NCBI GenBank assembly: GCA_046861645.1
Contig: JBHHUM010000014.1
Span: forward strand, 1-41,263
Direction: 5' to 3'
Length of the DNA: 41,263 nt
DNA from: Fidelibacterota bacterium
GTDB lineage: Bacteria; Fidelibacterota; Marinisomatia; Marinisomatales; UBA2128
Shown: piece after piece, positions 1-8,604 of the stretch
How positions within the stretch are numbered: position 1 is the stretch's first letter
Layout of the letters: each line of letters opens with the position of its first letter
Notes under the pieces: model-generated
What the model was told of the DNA's origin: nothing
What the model saw: the letters and a program-made list of their open reading frames with translations, nothing else
Databases searched by the model: none
Made by a program: the position numbers and the translations under genes

Positions 1-101
1 GTGACTGTATCGGGGAGTGTATCAGGGTAAGGAGCTGGTGACTGTACGGGACAGGCGTTGAATGTTTTTATTATGTCTAATTCAGTAAGTTTATGGAACA
101 T
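1..101 (-). CDS. Possible 5' end of a gene running off the left edge (MFHKLTELDIIKTFNACPVQSPAPYPDTLPDTV...), product unknown
   Basis: ATG at 101 on the minus strand with an open frame to the window edge, divergent from proS; too short to identify. Confidence 0.3.
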   Translation of the reverse strand, partial: MFHKLTELDIIKTFNACPVQSPAPYPDTLPDTV

Positions 102-120
102 AGCCTTGAGAAATAATTCG

Positions 121-149
121 TTGAATGCCCTGATGCCTCCTCCTAAATT
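121..149 (+). promoter_or_regulatory. Putative sigma70-type promoter of proS (TTGAAT-N17-TAAATT)
   Basis: TTGAAT 121-126, 17-nt spacer, TAAATT 144-149, 23 nt before the proS ATG; the same -10 hexamer recurs at other operon starts. Confidence 0.55.
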
Positions 150-172
150 CCAAATCGTAATAATCCCTGATT

Positions 173-1648
173 ATGTCTAAAGGCGTTACATCCAGGAAAA
201 GAGATTTTACCCGCTGGTACACTGATGTGATTACCAAGGCGGAGATGGCAGATTATGGTCCGGTCAAGGGGACGATGGTAATTCGTCCCTACGGTTATTC
301 CATTTGGACCAGTGTGAAGGAGGCTTTCGATCGCCGTTTTAAAGAGACTGGGCATGTTAACGCGTATTTCCCCCTTTTTATACCTAAATCATTCCTCAGT
401 CGTGAGGCTGAACACGTAGCAGGTTTTGCCAAGGAGTGTGCCGTAGTAACCCATCATCGTCTGATGGCTAATCCACGTGGTGATGGACTCGTCGTAGATC
501 CGGAATCGAAATTGGAGGAGGAAGTAATAGTACGTCCGACCTCGGAAACTGTTATTTGGGCCATGTACAAGAAGTGGATTCAGTCATACCGGGATCTTCC
601 CATCCTTATCAATCAATGGGCGAATGTAGTACGCTGGGAAATGCGTACCAGGTTGTTTCTCAGGACTACTGAATTTTTATGGCAGGAAGGACACACTGCC
701 CATGCTACTCCGGAAGAGGCTGAAAAAGAAGCTCGTTTAATCCTCGATATTTACCAGGAGGTTGTGGAAGGAGTGATGGCTATTCCAGTTCTGACCGGAC
801 TGAAGTCAGAAGCAGAGAAGTTCGCAGGCGCTAAACACACTTATTGTATTGAAGCGATGATGGGTGACAAAAGGGCTTTACAGGTTGGTACTAGCCATAA
901 TCTCGGCCAAAATTTTGCCAGGGCGTTTGATGTAACTTATCAGACCGAAGACAATCGACTTAAGCATGTTTATGCCACCAGCTGGGGAGTCAGTACTCGC
1001 CTTATAGGAGCCCTCATCATGGTACATGGCGATGAAAAAGGTCTGCGACTGCCTCCTGCAGTGGCTCCTTATCAGGTTGTAGTAGTACCTATCGGGAAAA
1101 GTGAGGAAGATTTGACGGCCATTAGAGATTTTATGGAGATGTCCATAACCGCTTTGAACGATAAAGGAGTGCGTATTCATATTGATGACCGTTTGACTGT
1201 TTCTCCTGGTTACAAATTCAACGAGTGGGAGATGAAAGGCGTCCCCCTGCGCATTGAAGTTGGGGCGAGGGACATGGAGAAGAATAGTGCTGTTATTGTA
1301 CGACGGGATACGGGCAAGAAGAGGTCGATGGAGAGGGATAATCTTGTGGTTAAGATTCCTGAACTGTTGGATGAAATCCAGTCAGGATTATTTAAACAGG
1401 CACTAACTTTTAGGGATGAGAACACAATTGAAGTGAGTAACTTTACTGAGTTTAAGGAACAGATGTCAAGTAATGGCGGGTTTATCCGCTGTGGTTGGGA
1501 TGGTGATCCGGCAACTGAGGCGGCTATAAAAGAAGAAACCAAAGCCACCATACGTGTTATTCCTTTTGACGGAAATCCAAGGGGTAAAACTTGTGTTTAT
1601 TCAGGAAGGCCTGCAGAATGTGAAGTTATCTTTGCTAAGGCATATTAA
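173..1648 (+). CDS. proS: Proline--tRNA ligase, archaeal/eukaryote-like type
   Basis: Class II motifs VRPTSET, WANVVRWEMRTRLFLRTTEFLWQEGHT, TSWGVSTRL; anticodon-binding domain; C-terminal FAKAY. Confidence 0.97.
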   Translation: MSKGVTSRKRDFTRWYTDVITKAEMADYGPVKGTMVIRPYGYSIWTSVKEAFDRRFKETGHVNAYFPLFIPKSFLSREAEHVAGFAKECAVVTHHRLMANPRGDGLVVDPESKLEEEVIVRPTSETVIWAMYKKWIQSYRDLPILINQWANVVRWEMRTRLFLRTTEFLWQEGHTAHATPEEAEKEARLILDIYQEVVEGVMAIPVLTGLKSEAEKFAGAKHTYCIEAMMGDKRALQVGTSHNLGQNFARAFDVTYQTEDNRLKHVYATSWGVSTRLIGALIMVHGDEKGLRLPPAVAPYQVVVVPIGKSEEDLTAIRDFMEMSITALNDKGVRIHIDDRLTVSPGYKFNEWEMKGVPLRIEVGARDMEKNSAVIVRRDTGKKRSMERDNLVVKIPELLDEIQSGLFKQALTFRDENTIEVSNFTEFKEQMSSNGGFIRCGWDGDPATEAAIKEETKATIRVIPFDGNPRGKTCVYSGRPAECEVIFAKAY

Positions 1649-1695
1649 AAAACAGGTTGCCTACTTACTGATACGGTACCAGTTTTTTAATTGAC

Positions 1696-2445
1696 ATGGC
1701 TCTGGAAATTACCGATACCATTATTCTAAAGAGTTTCCCCTATGGAGATACCAGCAAGATAGCCCGTTGTTATACCCGTGATTTCGGGAAGGTATCTCTG
1801 ATTGGTAAAGGCATTCGAAAAGGGAAAACTCTCCGCAGTAGTTATTTGGAACCTCTTAGTCATCTGTCCTTATCGTTTTACCAGAATCCAAGACGTGAAC
1901 TACAGATATTTTCCAAAGCAGAATTCATAAACCTTTGGTCTGCCTTGAAAAGTGACGTAAAGAAAATATCCTATGGTTTTGCCATTGTGGAGTTAGTTGA
2001 CAAAGCAGTAACTGGTGAAGAACCTCATGAAGAACTTTTTGAGTTACTGGTGGAAACGCTCAATGCTGTGGATTACACCAAAGGTAATGTCAATGTGATT
2101 TTCTGGTATTTCGAAATGAATTTTCTCTCGTTATTTGGTTTTCGTCCAAACTTAACCACCTGTCCCGATTGCAATAAACGTCTTGATGGTGGTATCTTTT
2201 CTATTGAACGGGGAGAGGTGGTTTGTGGTGATTGTCTTGAGAATGGAACGTATACGATTTCTCCCAGAGCCCTTGGGCTGCTGAGGAATTTGAAACAAGG
2301 TTCACTGAGGGAGGCGATAAGTCTGCAATTGAAAGTCGGTGATCGTAGCGAGGTGGGAGGTTTTCTTGATAGATATCTCAGGCATCATATTGATGCTGTG
2401 CAGAACGTCCAATCACTCCGAGTAATGGGTAAGGTGTTGGTGTGA
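1696..2445 (+). CDS. recO: DNA repair protein RecO
   Basis: N-terminal OB fold (IILKSFPYGDTSKI...TRDFGKV...KG), GFRPNL followed by CxxC...CxxC zinc finger, 249 aa. Confidence 0.93.
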   Translation: MALEITDTIILKSFPYGDTSKIARCYTRDFGKVSLIGKGIRKGKTLRSSYLEPLSHLSLSFYQNPRRELQIFSKAEFINLWSALKSDVKKISYGFAIVELVDKAVTGEEPHEELFELLVETLNAVDYTKGNVNVIFWYFEMNFLSLFGFRPNLTTCPDCNKRLDGGIFSIERGEVVCGDCLENGTYTISPRALGLLRNLKQGSLREAISLQLKVGDRSEVGGFLDRYLRHHIDAVQNVQSLRVMGKVLV

Positions 2446-3215
2446 ATAATCCTGCCCCGTTGATTAGTTCAGAGGGATTTCGGTTCGATGCTGAAGGCCC
2501 TTTGGCTTGTTACATTATTCATGGTTTCACCGGTAGTCCTTATGAGATGAGAGATTTAGGGAAATATATAGCATCCCAAGGTATTACGGCTGTAGCTGAG
2601 GTACTTCCCGGCCACGGAACATCTCCTGAGGACTGTAATACAAAGGTCTACCAAGATTGGATTGACACCATCCGGAGTGGTTATGATCGTCTATCTACAG
2701 AGAAAAAGGAAGTATTCATATTAGGGTTCAGCATGGGTGCTACTTTGGCATTATATATGGCTGCTGAAAAAGAGCTGCCCGGGATAGTGTTGTACGCCCC
2801 GGTTATCAAGCATAAAAGATGGACAATTCATCTTACCCCTCTCGTTGCCCCTTTCAAAGAATTTGAAGATAAGAACCAGTTCTATCGTAAAGACGGTGGT
2901 CGACAGACCTACTACGGCTATTCTGTTTATCCCATGAAAGCAGCTGCAGAAGTGATTAAACTGACCTGGCGTGTACGGATGAAATTAGAGAAAGTGACTT
3001 GTCCAGCACTCATTATGCATTCTAAGGTCGACATTACTGTGCCCTTTGAAAATGGTCAGTATGTCTATAATTGGATTTCTTCCCAGGATAAACAGTTAAT
3101 AACATTTAATCATTCCGCTCATGCCCTTATGGCTGACTGTGAACGGGAAGCTGTCTGGAAAGCAACCACTAAGTTTGTAAAAAGTCGTTCTGGAGTAGTC
3201 TTTAGTGAGGTTTAA
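2442..3215 (+). CDS. Alpha/beta hydrolase, carboxylesterase/monoacylglycerol lipase-like
   Basis: IHGFTGSP, LPGHGT, nucleophile elbow GFSMG, Asp (SKVD) and His (SAH); GTG start overlapping the recO stop. Confidence 0.88.
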   Translation: MNNPAPLISSEGFRFDAEGPLACYIIHGFTGSPYEMRDLGKYIASQGITAVAEVLPGHGTSPEDCNTKVYQDWIDTIRSGYDRLSTEKKEVFILGFSMGATLALYMAAEKELPGIVLYAPVIKHKRWTIHLTPLVAPFKEFEDKNQFYRKDGGRQTYYGYSVYPMKAAAEVIKLTWRVRMKLEKVTCPALIMHSKVDITVPFENGQYVYNWISSQDKQLITFNHSAHALMADCEREAVWKATTKFVKSRSGVVFSEV

Positions 3216-4038
3216 TTACCAAAACCAACGTTGGCAGCAGAGTCCTCTGCGTCCTACTCTCTTTACGGATGCCATAAAACTCATTGTTTCCGTTAATTTC
3301 CTGATTTTCATACTGCAAACACTTTCTGGTTTGGAGGGAGTCCTTTTTCAATTATTCGGAATAGTGCCTAAAAGAACATTTGGTGAATTGATGCTCTGGC
3401 AACCCTTTACTTATCTATTTTTCCATGGTGGCATTTGGCATGTCCTTATCAACATGTTTGTACTCTGGATGTTTGGCTCAGAACTGGAGAAATACTGGGG
3501 GAAAAGAGAGTTTTTGAGATTCTTTTTTTTCACAGGGGTTGGCTCCGGCATCGTGACGGTCCTTTTCAATTTGGGATCATCCACCCCAGTGGTAGGAGCC
3601 AGTGGAGCCATCTATGGGGTGTTGCTGGCGTATGGACTCATGTTTCCCAATAAACTGGTCTATATCTACTTTTTGATTCCCATAAAAGTGAAATATCTGG
3701 TGATTCTTATTGGTACTATTGCTTTCTTTTCCAGTATTAATCCGGGCTATTCGAGTATCAGTCACCTAACCCATCTATCGGGGATGATCATTGGCTTTGT
3801 TTACCTCCGTTCTAACTTTAGCTGGAGTACGATTAATCATTTTGTAATGTATCAGAAGGAAGAAATAAAGCGACGATACGAGGAACGGAAGCATGAGAAG
3901 CGTGATGCGTTAAGAGTTGAGGTAGATGCCCTTCTTGACAAGATTAATGAGGTTGGCTATGATGGTCTTTCTCAAGCTGAACGGGATTTTCTATTTAAGG
4001 CGAGCAGGAAGCTCGCTAAAGACGAAGAAAAGAACTGA
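3205..4038 (+). CDS. Rhomboid family intramembrane serine protease with a soluble C-terminal helical domain
   Basis: WQPFTYLFFH, HVLINM, catalytic GASG, SHLTHLSG; C-terminal VDALLDKINEVGYDGLS typical of FCB rhomboids. Confidence 0.92.
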   Translation: MRFNYQNQRWQQSPLRPTLFTDAIKLIVSVNFLIFILQTLSGLEGVLFQLFGIVPKRTFGELMLWQPFTYLFFHGGIWHVLINMFVLWMFGSELEKYWGKREFLRFFFFTGVGSGIVTVLFNLGSSTPVVGASGAIYGVLLAYGLMFPNKLVYIYFLIPIKVKYLVILIGTIAFFSSINPGYSSISHLTHLSGMIIGFVYLRSNFSWSTINHFVMYQKEEIKRRYEERKHEKRDALRVEVDALLDKINEVGYDGLSQAERDFLFKASRKLAKDEEKN

Positions 4039-4557
4039 TCAGGGAACTTCTTGCCCTGATTGGGTAAGGACAGAATCACGTACAGCTAACAATCCTACTA
4101 TTAAGAACAATACCTTATAAAGTCTTTCGTGAAGATTCGTGATGATCACTATCCAGCCATGTCCCTTCAATATTAACAGAAGAAATAGAGGCATTACTAT
4201 AAATAGCACAATCTGGTAGAGTAAAAGGAGTGTGACTAATTTTTTATTTTTTACTCCTCCCAATAGGCCGAGGGTTAGCCAGAAGTAACCGTTGAAAGGT
4301 AATTCTACTTTAGTCCGCTGATCTAATTGGGGGCGTTGGGTAATTAATTGTAACTCATCTTCCCCAGGTTCGATTTTAACTTTTTTGTTAACTAACGAAC
4401 TTTTTTGGATAGCCGGGTATATTAGTTCATGTATTAACAGAGACTGGAGGGGTCTAACGATACTGATATATAGAACCCCACAGATAGTCAGACTGAGGAA
4501 AACTTTTTTCCAGATAAGAGAATTTGCTGATCGCTGATGATTGTCCATAGATACCAC
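4039..4557 (-). CDS. Multi-pass membrane protein, probable exosortase-associated or inactive exosortase-like protein
   Basis: About 4 hydrophobic segments with a layout like the upstream exosortase; VELPFNG at the position of VEIQNGCNG; late His (NLHERLY); start uncertain (4557 or 4548). Confidence 0.55.
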   Translation of the reverse strand: MVSMDNHQRSANSLIWKKVFLSLTICGVLYISIVRPLQSLLIHELIYPAIQKSSLVNKKVKIEPGEDELQLITQRPQLDQRTKVELPFNGYFWLTLGLLGGVKNKKLVTLLLLYQIVLFIVMPLFLLLILKGHGWIVIITNLHERLYKVLFLIVGLLAVRDSVLTQSGQEVP

Positions 4558-5036
4558 AGGGCTAAAACCAGAGGATAGAAGATGACATAGGAACTGTAGG
4601 TATGTACCTTTTCCCAGTGGTCAGGAAAATAAACATTGGTGAGGGCAAAGATACCGATGCGAAAGACATTGGCAGTGAACAAAATTCCAAGTCCACCAAA
4701 CAGAAGGAGTAAACGTTTGTGCATAGGACCTGGGAAAGCCACAATAAAACCAGAGTAGAGACCCAACAAATCCAGGCCATTACATCCGTTCTGGATTTCA
4801 ACTCCTTTCGTGCCAAAGACTGCGATAACGCGGCCGGCGGTCTCTACTTCCCATCCCAGGATTGAAAGAGTTCCTGCCGCCAGTCTTATTCCCCATAAGC
4901 TTAAGAATGTGTCTAGCCGGCCATCCGGTAGCAGGAAATAATCGTAAAGTAGATGCCAGATTGTGTAAATAATTCCTGCTTTTATCAGTACAGTGAAGAG
5001 GGTACTTGGTATTGATTTATTTTCTTTGCCTGTCAA
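4488..5036 (-). CDS. Exosortase/archaeosortase family transpeptidase, XrtX/XrtF-like short form
   Basis: Cys-Arg-His triad: VEIQNGCNG, ANVFRI, KVHTY; multi-TM, 182 aa; TTG start overlapping the upstream micro-ORF. Confidence 0.88.
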   Translation of the reverse strand: MTGKENKSIPSTLFTVLIKAGIIYTIWHLLYDYFLLPDGRLDTFLSLWGIRLAAGTLSILGWEVETAGRVIAVFGTKGVEIQNGCNGLDLLGLYSGFIVAFPGPMHKRLLLLFGGLGILFTANVFRIGIFALTNVYFPDHWEKVHTYSSYVIFYPLVLALWYLWTIISDQQILLSGKKFSSV

Positions 5037-5193
5037 TGAGTTTCTTGATCGCTAAGCTTCCTCCTAACACTGCCAGTAAACCCAGTCCGCCGATAGGTGC
5101 CTGGTTGGGTGAAGAAGGAAAATTCGGCTGCGCTGCTATAGTTGTTAAAAATCCCAAATGAACCATAACAAATACAAAGAACTTGTATATCAT
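5017..5193 (-). CDS. 58-aa PID-CTERM-like protein-sorting micro-protein MIYKFFVFVMVHLGFLTTIAAQPNFPSSPNQAPIGGLGLLAVLGGSLAIKKLIDRQRK
   Basis: Translated by hand (below the ORF-track cutoff). SD GGAGGT about 10 nt upstream; signal peptide ending IAA|Q; Pro-rich linker; APIGG motif, TM helix and basic tail; overlaps the exosortase start. Confidence 0.85.
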   Translation of the reverse strand: MIYKFFVFVMVHLGFLTTIAAQPNFPSSPNQAPIGGLGLLAVLGGSLAIKKLIDRQRK

Positions 5194-5212
5194 AATCTCT
5201 TTACCTCCAATC

Positions 5213-7252
5213 TTATTTAAGAAACGTTATTTTTCGAGAAAAAGTCTTATCCCCATAAGACAGTTTTATTAAGTAGATACCAGATGCCAGATTTTGTGCA
5301 TCCCACACCATATTATATTCACCTTTCACAGTTACACCACTCACTAAAGTGTCCATCTTCCGACAAAGAATGTCGTAGATAGCTAACTCCATATCAATTG
5401 TATTTGGAAGATTAAAGCTAATTGTAGTAGAAGAGTTAAAAGGATTCGGATAGGGAGGATAGAGCATGAATTCTACGGGCATTATCTCATCTTCAACTTC
5501 GGTATTATCATAGTTGATAGTTAGACTGAACCTGGACTCACCCACTTTGGGATAGGATGCCATTTCTTCACTAGAATTATATGCAAAGCCCCCTTTGGCA
5601 TTAGTAGAAAAATTGTAACTACTCATTTCCATCAGGTTTATAGTTTCAGCTACTACTGTATCTTCTAAAATGAGGGTTATATCGGAAGGTAGATCGGACA
5701 GATTCCACGACATGGCGACCTCGGCATTTGTGGTAATAAAACTGTCAGTAGTAGCTTCGAGCATCATAACATCAAGCATAACTTTGGGTTTTTCTGTAAG
5801 TGTGGAGGGGAGATTGTTTATAGTCAAAGCGCTGTCTTCCACATAAAACATACTGGTGAGATGAGTCTCGTAATCCAAGGGTAAAAGACGATAAGCATCA
5901 GCATGGTCAATCCCGATCAGCCCGTCCGGGTTAAATGACAAATAAACGGTAGTTTGTCGTTCATCGGTTGAAAAAGTCAAGTAAGCACTACCACTGGAGT
6001 TATTTATCTGTTTGAAAAATGTGCCGGCGGTGCTGGATTTACAGTTTGCTGTAAAGTCAAAGCTGGTACCACTGGCACCTGATTCTATCCAGAACCCCTG
6101 GTACGGTGCGATTAGACCATTGGTAAGGTCACCAGTCGATCCATTCCACGTCTTGTACGCACCTGAGGCGTCATCCCAGACATAGACTGTTGAAGAATAA
6201 TTACTGTTATCAGTGAATAATTGATCAGCGTCAATGGTAGCTTCGAATGGATTGCCCAACAGATTCCACTCACTGGCAGTAGTGGTTACAGAGACGGTTG
6301 CACTGTTCTCCGAGCCTGTAACAGATAAATAAACAGGCAGGTCATCGTAACCATCATTGTCCACATCGCTGAAAACATAAACAAGGACTCCAGTGCCAGC
6401 GGTATATGAGGCTGTAGTCAGGTTTGTCAGTGCTGACCAGGAAGCGCTGGAAGCATCATATGTCCAGACATTAGCATCGCCACCGGTGACATCTCCACCG
6501 GTCATACCCTGTGTCCATAAGGGAGCCAAAAGGTCGTCGTAAACTGTTCCAGATACAGGACTGGATAGTATTCTGAAGCCAGAGTTACCACTTATACCTT
6601 GACCGACAGTGAATGAATTGCTCAATGCCGCGTAAGCTGAGGTATTATTACCATTATAATTGCCGTTTTGTGCCGTTAGATATCTTAAAGTCGATTTGGG
6701 CCCAGTTATACCGTTGGAGGTATCGTATTGATAATTGTCTGAGGTAGAAAGATTGACAATGGTGTTATCATTCTCACTTAATCCAGTGGGTATGTAGGAG
6801 TAGTTGGATGTAACTGTGCCAGAGGTAATCCAGGATGTACCCCTTGCCCAACCGATTCCATATATGAACGTTTCAGATCCAGCACTTCCCTGATAGACAA
6901 TAATATTATCACCGGAACTGCTGGCATTGTAGGAACCTGAAGAAGACCATTCACCTCCTGCGGATCCGGAAAAAGAGACTACCGACCCAGCGGTTACGCT
7001 TGCTGAGGCGGTATAGGTCAACGTTCCTTCGTTGGTCAGTAAGGCTGATCCATCCCACGGGTTGTCTGTAAATTTGATTACCGTGTTTGCTTCCATATCT
7101 ACAAGGGGTACGAAGTCAAAGTTATCGTTTCCATCGGCATTGACAGTAACTATCATTAAATCGCCAGCGGCGAGAGTGGTTTGGGCCTGGAGGTTTACAA
7201 ACAGGACAAAAAATAGCGGTATAACAAGAAAATGAGTATAAGAGTATTTCAT
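5213..7252 (-). CDS. Secreted Ser/Thr/Gly-rich surface protein with a T9SS type A-like C-terminal sorting domain
   Basis: Signal peptide (NLQA|Q); WNLLGNPF and IAPYQGFW beta-rich segments; C-terminal YPNPFN...IYDIL...LASGIYLIKL...KITFLK. Confidence 0.88.
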   Translation of the reverse strand: MKYSYTHFLVIPLFFVLFVNLQAQTTLAAGDLMIVTVNADGNDNFDFVPLVDMEANTVIKFTDNPWDGSALLTNEGTLTYTASASVTAGSVVSFSGSAGGEWSSSGSYNASSSGDNIIVYQGSAGSETFIYGIGWARGTSWITSGTVTSNYSYIPTGLSENDNTIVNLSTSDNYQYDTSNGITGPKSTLRYLTAQNGNYNGNNTSAYAALSNSFTVGQGISGNSGFRILSSPVSGTVYDDLLAPLWTQGMTGGDVTGGDANVWTYDASSASWSALTNLTTASYTAGTGVLVYVFSDVDNDGYDDLPVYLSVTGSENSATVSVTTTASEWNLLGNPFEATIDADQLFTDNSNYSSTVYVWDDASGAYKTWNGSTGDLTNGLIAPYQGFWIESGASGTSFDFTANCKSSTAGTFFKQINNSSGSAYLTFSTDERQTTVYLSFNPDGLIGIDHADAYRLLPLDYETHLTSMFYVEDSALTINNLPSTLTEKPKVMLDVMMLEATTDSFITTNAEVAMSWNLSDLPSDITLILEDTVVAETINLMEMSSYNFSTNAKGGFAYNSSEEMASYPKVGESRFSLTINYDNTEVEDEIMPVEFMLYPPYPNPFNSSTTISFNLPNTIDMELAIYDILCRKMDTLVSGVTVKGEYNMVWDAQNLASGIYLIKLSYGDKTFSRKITFLK

Positions 7253-7303
7253 AGCTTTTAATTTGTTATTAGTCTAGTTAAACAAATGATATGTTACTTC
7301 TAC

Positions 7304-7332
7304 AGGTTAATAAAAATAGATGATAAGGTCAA
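7304..7332 (-). promoter_or_regulatory. Putative sigma70-type promoter for the CTD protein/micro-protein/exosortase cassette (TTGACC-N17-TAACCT)
   Basis: TTGACC (7332-7327), 17-nt spacer, TAACCT (7309-7304) in an AT-rich intergenic region 51 nt upstream of the ATG. Confidence 0.5.
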
Positions 7333-7413
7333 TAAATTTTCTTTATTCAGGTATGATTACTTTTAGCTTTAACGAACCTTCGAGGAAATATAAACCTCAG
7401 TACTCTTTACTAA

Positions 7414-8604
7414 TTAGGGGCAGTTTATTTCTTTTCCAACCAATAATAGCTTATTCTGGACAAAGCCTTCCGCAAAGCGCTCTTCAAATTCACTCTGGTA
7501 TTTTTCCGCAATTTGGGGGTGATATATGATCATAGTGTTCTCATCGTTGTAACTGAACCCATTGCTGGACCAATTACAAGAACCGGTAATAGTCAGGGGG
7601 TCACTTTCAGGGTTGCCGGCATCGATGATCAGATATTTGTGGTGTAAGAATCTCTCACCGCCAGCGGAATCTATCACAGCGTCTAACCGCACTTCCACTT
7701 GATTTCCCCATGTGCTCATTTCATGAATTTGGCTGTATTGAGAGCCAGCCTGTGTTTCATCGAAGACGCCTCTGATAGTAAGACCTGAAACTTGTTCTAA
7801 TCGGGTTTGAATGGCAGCAGCAATGTCGTTATCTGTGAATGAGTAGATGGCGAAATTAATTTCGTAGTCTGCCGTTGCTATAGCTGCTATTATAGCCTCT
7901 TTGGTAAGGTCACTGGGGGACATGTATAATTCCAACGGGTAGTTATCCAATGTAAAGGAATGCAAATGATTATCCTCTTTTGTCTTATGAAATCGAGAGG
8001 ATTCAGGATGGGGAGTTTCTGAAATGGATCCCCACATTTCCTGGAACTCCGCAGTGTAAGCGTTGGCGACAGCAGTGTTTCGGATGAGAATGACATTATT
8101 AGCATTACCGAAAGTACCATTCTTCGTGGCATTATAGGAACCAGTCCAGACCCACTCCTCATCAAACACAGCAAACTTGTTGTGCATATCTTTGTAAATA
8201 TAATTCCCTCCAGCGGAGTCAGAGAGAACTGGTACCCCAGCATCAATTAAAACCTGTATTTCTAGGAGATATTCGTTATCAGTTATCAACCTGACTTGTG
8301 TCCCATTTTGAAAGACAGCCAGCAGTGCGTTGATGACAGTGTCACAGTCAATCTTGTAGAAGCAGAGGTCAATGGTTTCCTCTGCAGAGAAAATTTGCTC
8401 AACCAGTTTGAGATCTAAGCGTTGGTTACCTGATTCACCGGTGGATTTATTGAAAAATGTAAACCAAGAACTCTCCGTTTCATCTGCAGGTAGGAGGAGT
8501 AAATCGCAATGTGTAATTATCAAAATCAGTCCCAATGTTATGGGGGGTAACAGATATCTGGCTTTTAGGTGCAGTTTAGTGGTAATGAAGGGGTTATTAT
8601 CCAT
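7414..8604 (-). CDS. Phospholipase D superfamily protein with two HKD motifs, probably exported or a lipoprotein
   Basis: MHNKFAVFD...WTGSYN and LHHKYLIID...ITGSCN; N-terminal hydrophobic stretch ending in Cys (LILIITHC); start overlaps the GT2 stop. Confidence 0.88.
   Translation of the reverse strand: MDNNPFITTKLHLKARYLLPPITLGLILIITHCDLLLLPADETESSWFTFFNKSTGESGNQRLDLKLVEQIFSAEETIDLCFYKIDCDTVINALLAVFQNGTQVRLITDNEYLLEIQVLIDAGVPVLSDSAGGNYIYKDMHNKFAVFDEEWVWTGSYNATKNGTFGNANNVILIRNTAVANAYTAEFQEMWGSISETPHPESSRFHKTKEDNHLHSFTLDNYPLELYMSPSDLTKEAIIAAIATADYEINFAIYSFTDNDIAAAIQTRLEQVSGLTIRGVFDETQAGSQYSQIHEMSTWGNQVEVRLDAVIDSAGGERFLHHKYLIIDAGNPESDPLTITGSCNWSSNGFSYNDENTMIIYHPQIAEKYQSEFEERFAEGFVQNKLLLVGKEINCP

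Noticed and set aside
1647..1688. Terminator between proS and recO (AAAAAACAGGT...ACCAGTTTTTT)
   Set aside because: The stem is imperfect and AT-rich with a large loop; too weak to call
3205..4038. Rhomboid as a rhombosortase acting on the GG-containing micro-protein
   Set aside because: It is on the opposite strand in the proS-recO run and looks like the general FCB rhomboid; the overlapping exosortase is the more parsimonious enzyme
7320..7529. 69-aa plus-strand ORF in the PLD/CTD-protein gap
   Set aside because: It overlaps the PLD 3' end in antisense and the candidate promoter, with no recognisable features
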